Below, in pieces: positions 33,290 to 45,681 of a stretch of DNA of 64,000 nucleotides; positions within the stretch are counted from its first letter, which is position 1; each line of letters begins with the position of its first letter. Source of the stretch: Macrostomum hystrix (lineage: Eukaryota; Animalia; Platyhelminthes); assembly GCA_950097015.1 (NCBI GenBank), contig CATNEN010000041.1, forward strand, positions 1,550,001 through 1,614,000, given 5' to 3'. Under the pieces are notes generated by a model. It ran no database searches, had not been told where the DNA came from, and worked only from the letters and a program-made list of their open reading frames with translations. A program made the translations under genes and the position numbers.

Positions 33290-36200
33290 GGACAGCAGCC
33301 TCCCCAGTCCTATTGTTAGACAGCAGCCTCCTAAAAAGCGGTCCCAGTTACTCAGCTATTTCTAGTGAAACCGCGTGCATCATTGAACGTTTTACGGCTT
33401 CTTCGAATTTGATTGACAGCTGTCAGATTTTTTCGAGTGAAAATCTTAGCCATGATCTCTGGTCACTCAGTTCTTTGACTGGCCCTCTTACTCTGCTGAG
33501 TTGAATCCACTCTTTTCGAAGAAATGTCTTAGAAAATAATCTTGCCTTCGCCTAACATGCTTGCAGTCTGTTGGAACGAACAATAAAAAACACGTGGCCC
33601 ATTGGAATGGATGTTGAGCTATTAACAAGCTTGAAGGACTCTGCTATGAAATTGCATTGTTTTTGTTCGATAACAAAATACAATCAGTTTCAACAAATGA
33701 CTCACGTAGATCTCATACATCATTCCAGTCTAACGCAGCTAGGAACTCACAGATGTCATGCACAGCTAGGAGCTCACAGATGTCATGCACAGCTAGGAGC
33801 TCACAGATGTCATGCACAGCTAGGAACTCACAGATGTCATGCACAGCTAGGAGCTCACAGATGTCATGCACAGCTAGGAACTCACAGATGTCATGCACAG
33901 CTAGGAGCTCACAGATGTCATGCACAGCTAGGAACTCACAGATGTCATGCACAGCTAGGAGCTCACAGATGTCATGCACAGCTAGGAGCTCACAGATGTC
34001 ATGCACAGCTAGGAACTCACAGATGTCATGCACAGCTAGGAACTCACATGTCATGCACAGCTAGGAACTCACAGATGTCATGCACAGCTAGGAACTCACA
34101 GATGTCATGCACAGCTAGGAACTCACAGATGTCATGCACAGCTAGGAACTCACAGATGTCATGCACAGCTAGGAACTCACAGATGTCATGCACAGCTAGG
34201 AACTCACAGATGTCATGCACAGCTAGGAACTCACAGATGTCATGCACAGCTAGGAGCTCACAGATGTCATGCACAGCTCATAGGTCAAACAGTTTGTAGC
34301 TGTTGTGAGTTCTCACCTTTCTCAGGAATCCAGATTTCAATTATCAAAGCGAAGCGCGGGCTCCAGTGTTAGCTATCAGTTATTGCAAGAAAATCCGGAG
34401 TGTGTGGCAGGCAGATATAGTATTTTAGTATATAGCAGATCTTTTCTATCGGTGCCATTGTGTCCCGAGGTTCTGCTTCACTGAGAAATCTTTTCTCGCG
34501 TCGAATCGCGCGTCGAATCTCGCGTCGAGCTATTATCAAGCTTGAAGGACTCTGCTATGAAATTGCATTGTTTTTTCATTGTTTTTTTATAGACAGCAGC
34601 CTCCCCAGTCCTATTGTTAGACAGCAGCCTCCTAAAAAGCGGTCCCAGTTACTCAGCTATTTCTAGTGAAACCGCGTGCATCATTGAACGTTTTACGGCT
34701 TCTTCGAATTTGATTGACAGCTGTCAGATTTTTTCGAGTGAAAATCTTAGCCATGATCTCTGGTCACTCAGTTCTTTGACTGGCCCTCTTACTCTGCTGA
34801 GTTGAATCCACTCTTTTCGAAGAAATGTCTTAGAAAATAATCTTGCCTTCGCCTAACATGCTTGCAGTCTGTTGGAACGAACAATAAAAAACACGTGGCC
34901 CATTGGAATGGATGTTGAGCTATTAACAAGCTTGAAGGACTCTGCTATGAAATTGCATTGTTTTTGTTCGATAACAAAATACAATCAGTTTCAACAAATG
35001 ACTCACGTAGATCTCATACATCATTCCAGTCTAACGCAGCTAGGAACTCACAGATGTCATGCACAGCTAGGAGCTCACAGATGTCATGCACAGCTAGGAG
35101 CTCACAGATGTCATGCACAGCTAGGAACTCACAGATGTCATGCACAGCTAGGAGCTCACAGATGTCATGCACAGCTAGGAACTCACAGATGTCATGCACA
35201 GCTAGGAGCTCACAGATGTCATGCACAGCTAGGAACTCACAGATGTCATGCACAGCTAGGAACTCACAGATGTCATGCACAGCTAGGAACTCACAGATGT
35301 CATGCACAGCTAGGAACTCACATGTCATGCACAGCTAGGAACTCACAGATGTCATGCACAGCTAGGAACTCACAGATGTCATGCACAGCTAGGAACTCAC
35401 AGATGTCATGCACAGCTAGGAACTCACAGATGTCATGCACAGCTAGGAACTCACAGATGTCATGCACAGCTAGGAACTCACAGATGTCATGCACAGCTAG
35501 GAACTCACAGATGTCATGCACAGCTAGGAACTCACAGATGTCATGCACAGCTAGGAACTCACAGATGTCATGCACAGCTAGGAACTCACAGATGTCATGC
35601 ACAGCTAGGAGCTCACAGATGTCATGCACAGCTCATAGGTCAAACAGTTTGTAGCTGTTGTGAGTTCTCACCTTTCTCAGGAATCCAGATTTCAATTATC
35701 AAAGCGAAGCGCGGGCTCCAGTGTTAGCTATCAGTTATTGCAAGAAAATCCGGAGTGTGTGGCAGGCAGATATAGTATTTTAGTATATAGCAGATCTTTT
35801 CTATCGGTGCCATTGTGTCCCGAGGTTCTGCTTCACTGAGAAATCTTTTCTCGCGTCGAATCGCGCGTCGAATCTCGCGTCGAGCTATTATCAAGCTTGA
35901 AGGACTCTGCTATGAAATTGCATTGTTTTTTCATTGTTTTTTTATAGACAGCAGCCTCCCCAGTCCTATTGTTAGACAGCAGCCTCCTAAAAAGCGGTCC
36001 CAGTTACTCAGCTATTTCTAGTGAAACCGCGTGCATCATTGAACGTTTTACGGCTTCTTCGAATTTGATTGACAGCTGTCAGATTTTTTCGAGTGAAAAT
36101 CTTAGCCATGATCTCTGGTCACTCAGTTCTTTGACTGGTCCTCTTACTCTGCTGAGTTGAATCCACTCTTTTCGAAGAAATGTCTTAGAAAATAATCTTG

Positions 36201-37752
36201 ACTTCGCGAAACATGCTTGCAGTCAGTTGGAACGAACAATAAAAAACACGTGGCCCATTGGAATGGATGTTGAGCTATTAACAAGCTTGAAGGACTCTGC
36301 TATGAAATTGCATTGTTCTTGTTCGATAACAAAATACAATCAGTTTCAACAAAGGACTCACGTAGATCTCATACATCATTCCAGTCTAACGCAGCTAGGA
36401 ACTCACAGATGTCATGCACAGCTAGGAGCTCACAGATGTCATGCACAGCTAGGAGCTCACAGATGTCATGCACAGCTAGGAACTCACAGATGTCATGCAC
36501 AGCTAGGAACTCACAGATGTCATGCACAGCTAGGAACTCACAGATGTCATGCACAGCTAGGAGCTCACAAATGTCATGCACAGCTAGGAACTCACAGATG
36601 TCATGCACAGCTAGGAGCTCACAGATGTCATGCACAGCTAGGAACTCACAGATGTCATGCACAGCTAGGAGCTCACAGATGTCATGCACAGCTAGGAACT
36701 CACAGATGTCATGCACAGCTTGGAGCTCACAGATGTCATGCACAGCTAGGAACTCACAGATGTCATGCACAGCTAGGAGCTCACAGATGTCATGCACAGC
36801 TAGGAACTCACAGATGTCATGCACAGCTAGGAGCTCACAGATGTCATGCACAGCTAGGAGCTCACAGATGTCATGCACAGCTAGGAACACACAGATGCCA
36901 TGCACAGCTAGGAGCTCACAGATGTCATGCACAGCTAGGAACTCACAGATGTCATGCACAGCTAGTAACTCACAGATGTCATGCACAGCTAGGAGCTCAC
37001 AGATGTCATGCACAGCTAGGAGCTCACAGATGTCATGCACAGCTAGGAACTCACAGATGTCATGCACAGCTAGGAGCTCACAGATGTCATGCACAGCTAG
37101 TAACTCACAGATGTCATGCACAGCTAGGAACTCACAGATGTCATGCACAGCTAGGAACTCACAGATGTCATGCACAGCTAGGAGCTCACAGATGTCATGC
37201 ACAGCTAGGAACTCACAGATGTCATGCACAGCTAGGAGCTCACAGATGTCATGCACAGCTAGGAACTCACAGATGTCATGCACAGCTAGGAGCTCACAGA
37301 TGTCATGCACAGCTAGGAGCTCACAGATGTCATGCACAGCTAGGAGCTCACAGATGTCATGCACAGCTAGGAACTCACAGATGTCATGCACAGCTAGGAG
37401 CTCACAGATGTCATGCACAGCTAGTAACTCACAGATGTCATGCACAGCTAGGAACTCACAGATGTCATGCACAGCTAGGAACTCACAGACGTCATGCACA
37501 GCTAGGAACTCACAGATGTCATGCACAGCTCATAGGTCAAACAGTTTGTAGCTGTTGTGAGTTCTCACCTTTCTCAGGAATCCAGATTTCAATTAACAAA
37601 AAGAAGTTCCAGTGTTAGCTATCAGTTATCGCAAGAAAATCTGGAGTTTCTGGCAGGCAGATATAGTATTTCAGTATATAGCAGATCTTTTCTATCGGTG
37701 CCATTGTGTCCCGAGGTTCTGCTTCACTGAAAAATCTTTTCTCGCGTCGAAT
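33290..37752. repeat. Three tandem copies of a segment, each containing a 27-bp minisatellite of different copy number
   Basis: Periods 1301 and 1355 bp (ttagacagc at 33316, 34617, 35972); inner unit cacagctagga(a/g)ctcacagatgtcatg; copy 3 is more diverged. Confidence 0.92.
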
Positions 37753-38726
37753 CGAAGGAAAAGCATCTGAAGCCGGGTATCTTGAGGGTTTTTCCATCGC
37801 ATCAGTCCCCAGCCAGCTGGGGTACTGTCGGTCTGTACTTGCTACTCATAATTAGTAAGGATCGGGCGCGTGTTAATCTCGTTTATCTTAATCAAACTTC
37901 TAAGGGAAGGTCCAAGTTTAACAGCGCTCTTATTTTAACAGTTCACCTGGATAGTGCAGACAAGATGCTCAGTGCTCAGGGACGGCTCAGGTAGGAGAAA
38001 ATTCGGCACGCTCTGCTTGTGACAGCTCCTCCGATCATTGGTCTGAAACTGATGCGAGCCTGAAGCCTCCGATGTGGGGGGGCTGATGAATAAGCCATGA
38101 GAATGCGACAGTCTCTGCTCAGCGCTGAGCAGCTAATTTACACGGCTATAAGAAAGGCGTAACAGAAAATTAGCAAACTGTGTTGATGCACCGGCGAGCG
38201 AACCGGGCACTCTTTAGTACTTTCTTGCTGCCCCAATTGCCATTAGCCTTGAAGATGAGTCGAAAGGTACATTTGCGGACATCCTGAGCTATGAGCCCCA
38301 CTTGCTTAGTTTTGAGAACAAGAGTAGCAGAGGCGGGTGAGGAGCCGCTAACTGTGGGAGCGAACACGCGGCCCAGGCTGGGGACAACGCCCAGGCCGGA
38401 GAGGGGCGCGGACGGAACTGAGCAGAGGAATTGAATGTCGCGATGTTTCCCGAGTTCCCTGCCCGGCCCCCGCAATCTCCAAAATTCCCCATTAAAGGGA
38501 TTTTAGCTTTCAGCCTTGCGCCAATCTCGCCCTGGCTTTGATCTGCAGCGCGCGCTTCCCCGGTGCACTTTTGCCCTGCCCTGCGACATCCAAGCGATTT
38601 TATGATGGAGGCTGGTTTGAGTAGAATGAGCAGTGGGCGCGGAAAAAAACTCGCATGCAGTCAAACTTGCAAAGCCGGGGTCGGGTTTCTCTTAGGCGCC
38701 AGTCGTCGATGCCGTCTGGGCCACGC

Positions 38727-39657
38727 TGAGATAGCTGCAGTGAGCCTGAGCTCACCTGAGATAGCTGCAGTGAGCCTGAGCCCACCTGAGATAGCTGCAG
38801 TGAGCCTGAGCCCACCTGAGATAGCTGCAGTGAGCCTGAGCTCACCTGAGATAGCTGCAGTGAGCCTGAGCCCACCTGAGATAGCTGCAGTGAGCCTGAG
38901 CTCACCTGAGAGCTGCAGTGAGCCTGAGCCCACCTGAGATAGCTGCAGTGAGCCTGAGCCCACCTGAGAGCTGCAGTGAGCCTGAGCCCACCTGAGATAG
39001 CTGCAGTGAGCCTGAGCCCACCTGAGATAGCTGCAGTGAGCCTGAGCCCACCTGAGAGCTGCAGTGAGCCTGAGCCCACCTGAGATAGCTGCAGTGAGCC
39101 TGAGCCCACCTGAGAGCTGCAGTGAGCCTGAGCCCACCTGAGATAGCTGCAGTGAGCCTGAGCTCACCTGAGATAGCTGCAGTGAGCCTGAGCCCACCTG
39201 AGATAGCTGCAGTGAGCCTGAGCTCACCTGAGATAGCTGCAGTGAGCCTGAGCTCACCTGAGATAGCTGCAGTGAGCCTGAGCCCACCTGTGAGCTGCAG
39301 TGAGCCTGAGCCCACCTGAGATAGCTGCAGTGAGCCTGAGCCCACCTGTGAGCTGCAGTGAGCCTGAGCCCACCTGAGATAGCTGCAGTGAGCCTGAGCC
39401 CACCTGAGATAGCTGCAGTGAGCCTGAGCCCACCTGAGATAGCTGCAGTGAGCCTGAGCTCACCTGAGATAGCTGCAGTGAGCCTGAGCTCACCTGAGAT
39501 AGCTGCAGTGAGCCTGAGCCCACCTGTGATAGCTGCAGTGAGCCTGAGCCCACCTGAGATAGCTGCAGTGAGCCTGAGCTCACCTGAGATAGCTGCAGTG
39601 AGCCTGAGCTCACCTGAGATAGCTGCAGTGAGCCTGAGCCCACCTGAGATAGCTGCA
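38727..39657. repeat. 30/28-bp minisatellite
   Basis: Unit gagatagctgcagtgagcctgagcccacct. Confidence 0.95.
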
Positions 39658-41984
39658 CAGATACACAGACAGATACACAGACAGATACACAGACATTTGA
39701 CACAGAGACAGACAGCTGAAGATGGGACAGAGAATCAGGAAGGAAAGTTCATTGTGCGTTGAAAATTAATTCGCATCTGCTAGCAGAGTTGCAGGCCTAG
39801 AGCTGTGAGTAGCTGGCTGAGATTTAGTGTGGGCTGCGGACACTCGATAACACACGGGGCAAAGTAGCAGCTTGTTTACTGGCTGGCCTGGCAACTAGGG
39901 ATTTCAGATCCAGGCAGGATTAATAGATAATGAGGCCGAGCTGACTGGCCGGTACAAAAACCAAGTAAAACACTTAACGCTGCCATGAAATATTCACGGG
40001 GCAGTGATAAATCAGGGAGTCTATAGACGGCTAGTGCGGAAGAGAACCAGTTCTGTTGAATGCTGAAGTGGCTTTCCCAGTGTATGAGCTGATTGTGATG
40101 TGAGTTCACTGTTATGCACTGGGTCTGTGAGCTGATTGTGATCTGAGTTCACTGTCATTCACTGGGTCTGTGATGAGCCGCCCGTTTTAAAAAAGCAGCC
40201 AAACGGATCCCGATCAGGGATTATTCTGATGGGATAATGGAACGAATCGGCAATAGCACCTCTGCTGCATTCTGGTGCAGCCGGCCTGACAGCCACCCCA
40301 TCCTGAATCTAATTTCATTTGGCTGCCAGCGGCCGATCCCAGCTGGCTGATTTGGGACCATTTTGGAAACAAAAACTGCCGTTCACAAACAATCAGACAG
40401 ACTGGAGGCCGCGCTGTGAAGCGGAAGCTGGGCCGGTCCGGCCCCAGTTTGGTTGGGATGCAACACCTGCCGCTCACACCAGCCTCCTAGCAGCTGCCCC
40501 CATCTCCCAGATGTGGAATCCCCAGCCCGCTCACCAGCCGTTCCCGTCCTCACCCTGCCCGCCAGGACCAATGGCGGTGAGCTGCAGCTGGCTGGCCGCC
40601 CGGGCCGCCAGTGTATAGCCCGGGCCGCCAGCGGCAGTCACACCCAGCTCTCTCTCTCTGCTCATCTTCACCGGAGCTCTCGGGACTCGGGGACTCTAAG
40701 CCAGCCCCGGCGGACGGCGAAAATCCTCAGCAACCGGCTGCACAGTCGCCAACGGACGCAGAGTGCTTTCAGCGGAGCCGGAGGTCAAGAACACAGGCAC
40801 ACTCAGCTCCTGGCGAGAAGCTCAGTGAGTTCTTTATCCGCCAACTGATTCGCTGCGGAATCGCTTATCCTCTGTGCTACAACTGTCTCTCTCTCTGAGC
40901 TGTGCTCAGCGCCGACTCCCACAAATGTCGGGGCCGCCTCTTCCGGGGCTTTAGCAGTGATCCCCAACTCCACAGCCAGAATGGAAATTGCTGGAGCTGC
41001 CCGCCTGACAAATCCCCCCTATGGGCGCATCTCTGTCTTCCCTCTCTCCTCTCCCGCTGGCCGGCCAGGGCATGGGATAATTGCTCCTAAAATTCTCCCA
41101 ATTCAGAGCAGGAGCCCGAGCTGAACCGTGTCGCCAACGCGCCAGTGCTAAATGTACTTTAGGCCTCACCTATTTGAAATCCCTCTTCGGGAGGATAGGA
41201 GGGTGTAGTTTGCGACCCGAGTCGAACTGCCTGCTAGTAAGGCGCCCACAGCTGCAGCAGTGTTTATTGACTCAACTTGCTGCTGCTGCTGCTGCTTCTC
41301 CTTTCTCCCGTAGCTCTGTCTGTCCCTTTGTTCTCGGCATGTGCTGAGTCGACAGCGGGACAAACAGGCTGCGGCGCCGCCTGCTCCGCCCCAGAGCCAG
41401 CCCAGCTGCCCGCCCCTGTCTGGTCAACCCTGCGAGCGGGGGCACCAGACGGCTCCCGGACGTGGGGATCGCTGCTCTGAAGCTTTTTCAGCTGCTCGCC
41501 GGGATTGCAGCAGCGGAATTGAGCTCTGGGGAGCCCGGGCCAGCCCCTCAAGCCTGTTCTTCTTATCTCTGCATCCCTAGGGATAAATCGGATTATAAAG
41601 CCTTGGTCCGTCTTTTATCACCTCTTCTTCTCTACCCTCGTCTCCTCGGACCTCCCCGACCGGACTCCCGCGCCGGCTGAACGGTCAGCTGTGAGGCTGC
41701 TCCCATCCGCCCGCCTCGCGGCGGCCCCCGCCGGGCAGGGCTGATGAGAAGTCGGAAAATTTCCCAAATCTTGCCTTCTCCCTCCTGTGCCCCCCAGCGA
41801 GGCGATGCGAGCCCGCAGGCTGAAGTGCCTCTCCATTCAGCGCCCGGATGCTTGGAGAGGATCTGTGGGGAGGTGAGTGATTGGGCCTACTGGGAAGAAT
41901 ACGGGCCCGAAATTGTATTGGTGAAGTTCCGAAATTATGCCAAGCTCTACTGTACCGGTTTCACAGCCGCCTGCGAGGATGCCC

Positions 41985-42110
41985 GCCTAGGACACCCGCC
42001 TAGGACACCCGCCTAGGATACCCGCCTAGGACACCCGCCTAGGATATCCGCCTAGGACACCTGCCTGGGACACCCACCGAGAACACCCGCCTTTGATACC
42101 CGCCTAGCAG
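41985..42110. repeat. 13-bp minisatellite
   Basis: Unit cgcctaggacacc. Confidence 0.85.
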
Positions 42111-42376
42111 ACCCGCATTGATGAGGGAAAGAAGAAATATCCGCTTTTACGAAGCCTTTCGAAGCGCATTGTAAAGTTGTTAGCCGAGAGCTTTCACTTT
42201 CCGAGGATCCTCTGCTCCCAAATCCCTTCCCTCTCTTCCCCTTTCACCGCAGTCGGCTCTTTAGCGCAAAAATTGAGTTTCATAGAAATACAAAGAAGAA
42301 CAGTTCCGCCTGAAATCTGCTGCTAGCACACCTGGGCTGGGGGAGCGGAGCGATGGCAGGTGAAATCCTGCCGGCG

Positions 42377-42418
<42 letters not shown>

Positions 42419-42865
42419 TTGTTTGCTGCAGTACAGAGAGAAGGCAAAGATGCAGTGAGCAACAATTTTTTATTGATTCGCAGACTCTGAATTCCTGCCC
42501 ACCTTTAGCAAAAAAAATTGAGAACACAGGTAAGAAGCCTTTAGCCCCGGCCTCACTGTGAGCTGTACCAAATGGCTCTGTCCCTCCTTCCCTTCCTTGC
42601 TCATTGCTTCAAGCCTTGCTCAAGTCCGCACAGCCCTAGAAAACTTGTCGCGATGGGGCAGGGCATGCTTTTGTGTCGGCCAGGAAAATCAATAAGTTTT
42701 CTTTTCAAAAAACATTCTTTCTTTCATTTGAAACTGCCCCGCTCCTGCGTGAATGATAGCCCTGCGTTCTCTCTTTCTAGGAAACGCTAATTATCTGCTT
42801 AATTATTTATGATTTGGTTCCCATCGTGCCTGCATGCTTAAATAACACTCCTGTTTCCATGCCGA

Positions 42866-43310
42866 CTACTTCTCTATCTACCCTGTAGCCCTCATGTTGT
42901 CTACTTCTCTATCTACCCTGTAGCCCTCATGTTGTCTACTTCTCTATCTACCCTGTAGCCCTCATTTTGTCTACTTCTCTATCTACCCTGTAGCCCTCAT
43001 GTTGTCTACTTCTCTATCTACCCTGTAGCCCTCATGTTGTCTACTTCTCTATCTACCCTGTAGCCCTCATGTTGTCTACTTCTCTATCTACCCTGTAGCC
43101 CTCATGTTGTCTACTTCTCTATCTACCCTGTAGCCCTCATGTTGTCTACTTCTCTATCTACCCTGTAGCCCTCATGTTGTCTACTTCTCTATCTACCCTG
43201 TAGCCCTCATGTTGTCTACTTCTCTATCTACCCTGTAGCCCTCATGTTGTCTACTTCTCTATCTACCCTGTAGCCCTCATGTTGTCTACTTCTCTATCTA
43301 CCCTGTAGCC
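42866..43310. repeat. 35-bp minisatellite
   Basis: Unit ctacttctctatctaccctgtagccctcatgttgt. Confidence 0.95.
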
Positions 43311-43689
43311 GATCATCCCGCCTCAGTAGCGAGAACCCATCGATAAGCGCAGAGCGCAGTACAAAGGGGTGTGCGGGCAGCTGTCCGTTAACTGGCGCTC
43401 AATTAGGGGATTCGTCAGTCGGCAGCAGCGGGTGCTGAGTGGCAGGCTACGACCCTTCAGGTGCGGAGCTGCGAAAGCTCTCTCGGCAGCCCAGCTCCTT
43501 CCTGCAGCCTTTGTGTGGCTAATGAGACTGGCACTGGATCACGGAGGAGGGTGGGTACATGGGCTGTGTGAGTGTGAGGCCAAGAAATAATTGGCTTCGG
43601 TTCGCGGGGGAGCGTCCAAATTGTCAGGTGTTCCCACCATGGGATGCGTTGTGCTGACACAGAATGCAACATGATACCAGACTTAGATT

Positions 43690-44225
43690 TGGAGAGATCA
43701 GGCTGAGAGTTGTAGAGATCAGGGTGAGAGTTAAAGAGATCAGGGTGAGAGTTGTAGAGATCAGGGTGAGAGTTAAAGAGATAAGGGTGAGAGTTGGAGA
43801 GATCAGGTTGAGAGTTAAAGAGATCAGGGTGAGAGTTGGAGAGATCAGGGTGAGAGTTAAAGAGATCAGGGCGAGAGTTGAAGAGATCAGGGTGAGAGTT
43901 AAAGAGATCAGGGTGAGAGTTAAAGAGATCAGGGTGAGAGTTGGAGAGATCAGGGTGAGAGTTAAAGAGATCAGGGTGAGAGTTAAAGAGATCAGGGTGA
44001 GAGTTAAAGAGATCAGGGTGAGAGTTAAAGAGATCAGGGTGAGAGTTAAAGAGATCAGGGTGAGAGTTAAAGAGATCAGGGTGAGAGTTAAAGAGGTCAG
44101 GGTGAGAGTTGGAGAGATCAGGGTGAGAGTTGGAGAGATCAGGGTGAGAGTTGGAGAGATCAGGGTGAGAGTTGGAGAGATCAGGGTGAGAGTTGGAGAG
44201 ATCAGGGTGAGAGTTGGAGAGATCG
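43690..44225. repeat. 21-bp minisatellite
   Basis: Unit gagatcagggtgagagttaaa. Confidence 0.95.
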
Positions 44226-45681
44226 ACTCAGAGTTGACCAGATGTAGCGGAAGGTGATGAGGCAGGTGAGGCGGGGCAGTCGAGCTGAAGTGACTCAGAA
44301 GCACTCAGCCAAATGGATTTTGAGCTGAACAAATGAAATGCCTGATACAATGGCAGCTCGGAGGGCACTGGCGAGGGCAAACAGGACTGACCCGGGCGAG
44401 TTGCCTGAGGAGGCCCAGAGAGGGTTCCACGGGGGGATTTGTCTAGGCCGATTCTCATCCCTGTCCCGTTCTCGTCGTGGCTGAGTAGCACTACTCACTG
44501 AAGTACCTGGCAGCAATTAATAAGCAGAACTGCTGCGCGGCCCCCTGCTTCCATGGACGGATGAGAGACGGTCCCGGTGGGAAAGTTCGGTCCGAGACTA
44601 CAGCTAGGGGTGGACCAGAGAGCTGATAAATTAGGCCAGGTGACAGGTGCAGCGTGATCAATCTGTCCGTACTGAGGTGGGTCAGACAGACAGACAGAAG
44701 TTTTGACACTGTTTCTAGGAAGCACTGTTTTTGTGGGGTGGGAGCCAATAGTGCAGCTCAGCCGGCTAACGAGAGAGGAGAAGAAGCTGCCTCCAACGCG
44801 GATCTCCCGCGTGCCTGATTTCTCCTCTTATCGGGTCTCGCTAATTAAATAATCATCCATCATGCCCCCGGCTCAAATTGCGCGCGCATCCCGCGTTTAA
44901 TTATTGATGAAGCTGGCGAGGGTCCTCCAGCCTCCTCTGCTGGGCCGGTAATCTGTGTGCGTGGGTGTGTGTGTGTGTAGTGTACTTGCTGGCTGGTACA
45001 GGGTGCAGCTCATCCATCTCCTCATCTGCAGCGCAGTGCCCACACTCGAATAGGTTTAGTCGGGCACTGCAGAAGCAAAAACTGCATCCAATAATTTGAT
45101 AACTGGCCGCACTGACTACAGCAAGTTGTCTGCTGGTCAGGTGGTTGCTTTCTAGGTTGTCCAGGGGCCTCTGACTGTGACAGCTGTCCACTCGCCTAAA
45201 TATTTGTGCAGGAAGTAGCTCTAGATAATTCCACTGCTTCCTCTGCATGTTTGGGGACTGCACAGAGTTATCATTGTGCTGCACCTGATGCCAGGCCCTA
45301 CTATCTCTGCTCCTATAGCTGCCCTTCACTGAACAGTTAAGGACTGAACTGAACTGAAATGAACTGAACTGAACTGAAATGAACTGAACTGAACTGATGA
45401 ACTGAACTGAACTGAACCGAACTGACGGTTTCCCTCTAACTTTATTCCAGTTTTTTCCTATTTCGGTGTCAATTACTATTAGTAGTGTGGCAGTTAACAA
45501 ACTGTCAGAGTCTGGGCCCCAATTTACATGGTGAGCCAATGAGAGGCCAGGCACCGCTGGACCAGTCGGCTGTTTGTCTATCTTTCTAGAAACTGTTTGG
45601 TAGCTGCAAAATATGCTTTCACAACTCCCCATTGCTTGCTTGGCAGTCATCAAGACCCACGGAGATGCCAAACTCGACTTG

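Noticed and set aside
38170-38300. QVGLIAQDVRK resembling the peptidase S74/ICA GxIAQE motif
   Set aside because: Isolated short match with no supporting upstream domain or splice sites.
8195-44304. Long repetitive ORFs in the track (CDLLPSE, PEATNPN, LQLTSFCI, HRCHAQLG, EIRVRVK and others) as real proteins
   Set aside because: They are minisatellites with unit lengths divisible by 3, open in several frames on both strands, and they lie in introns or intergenic DNA.
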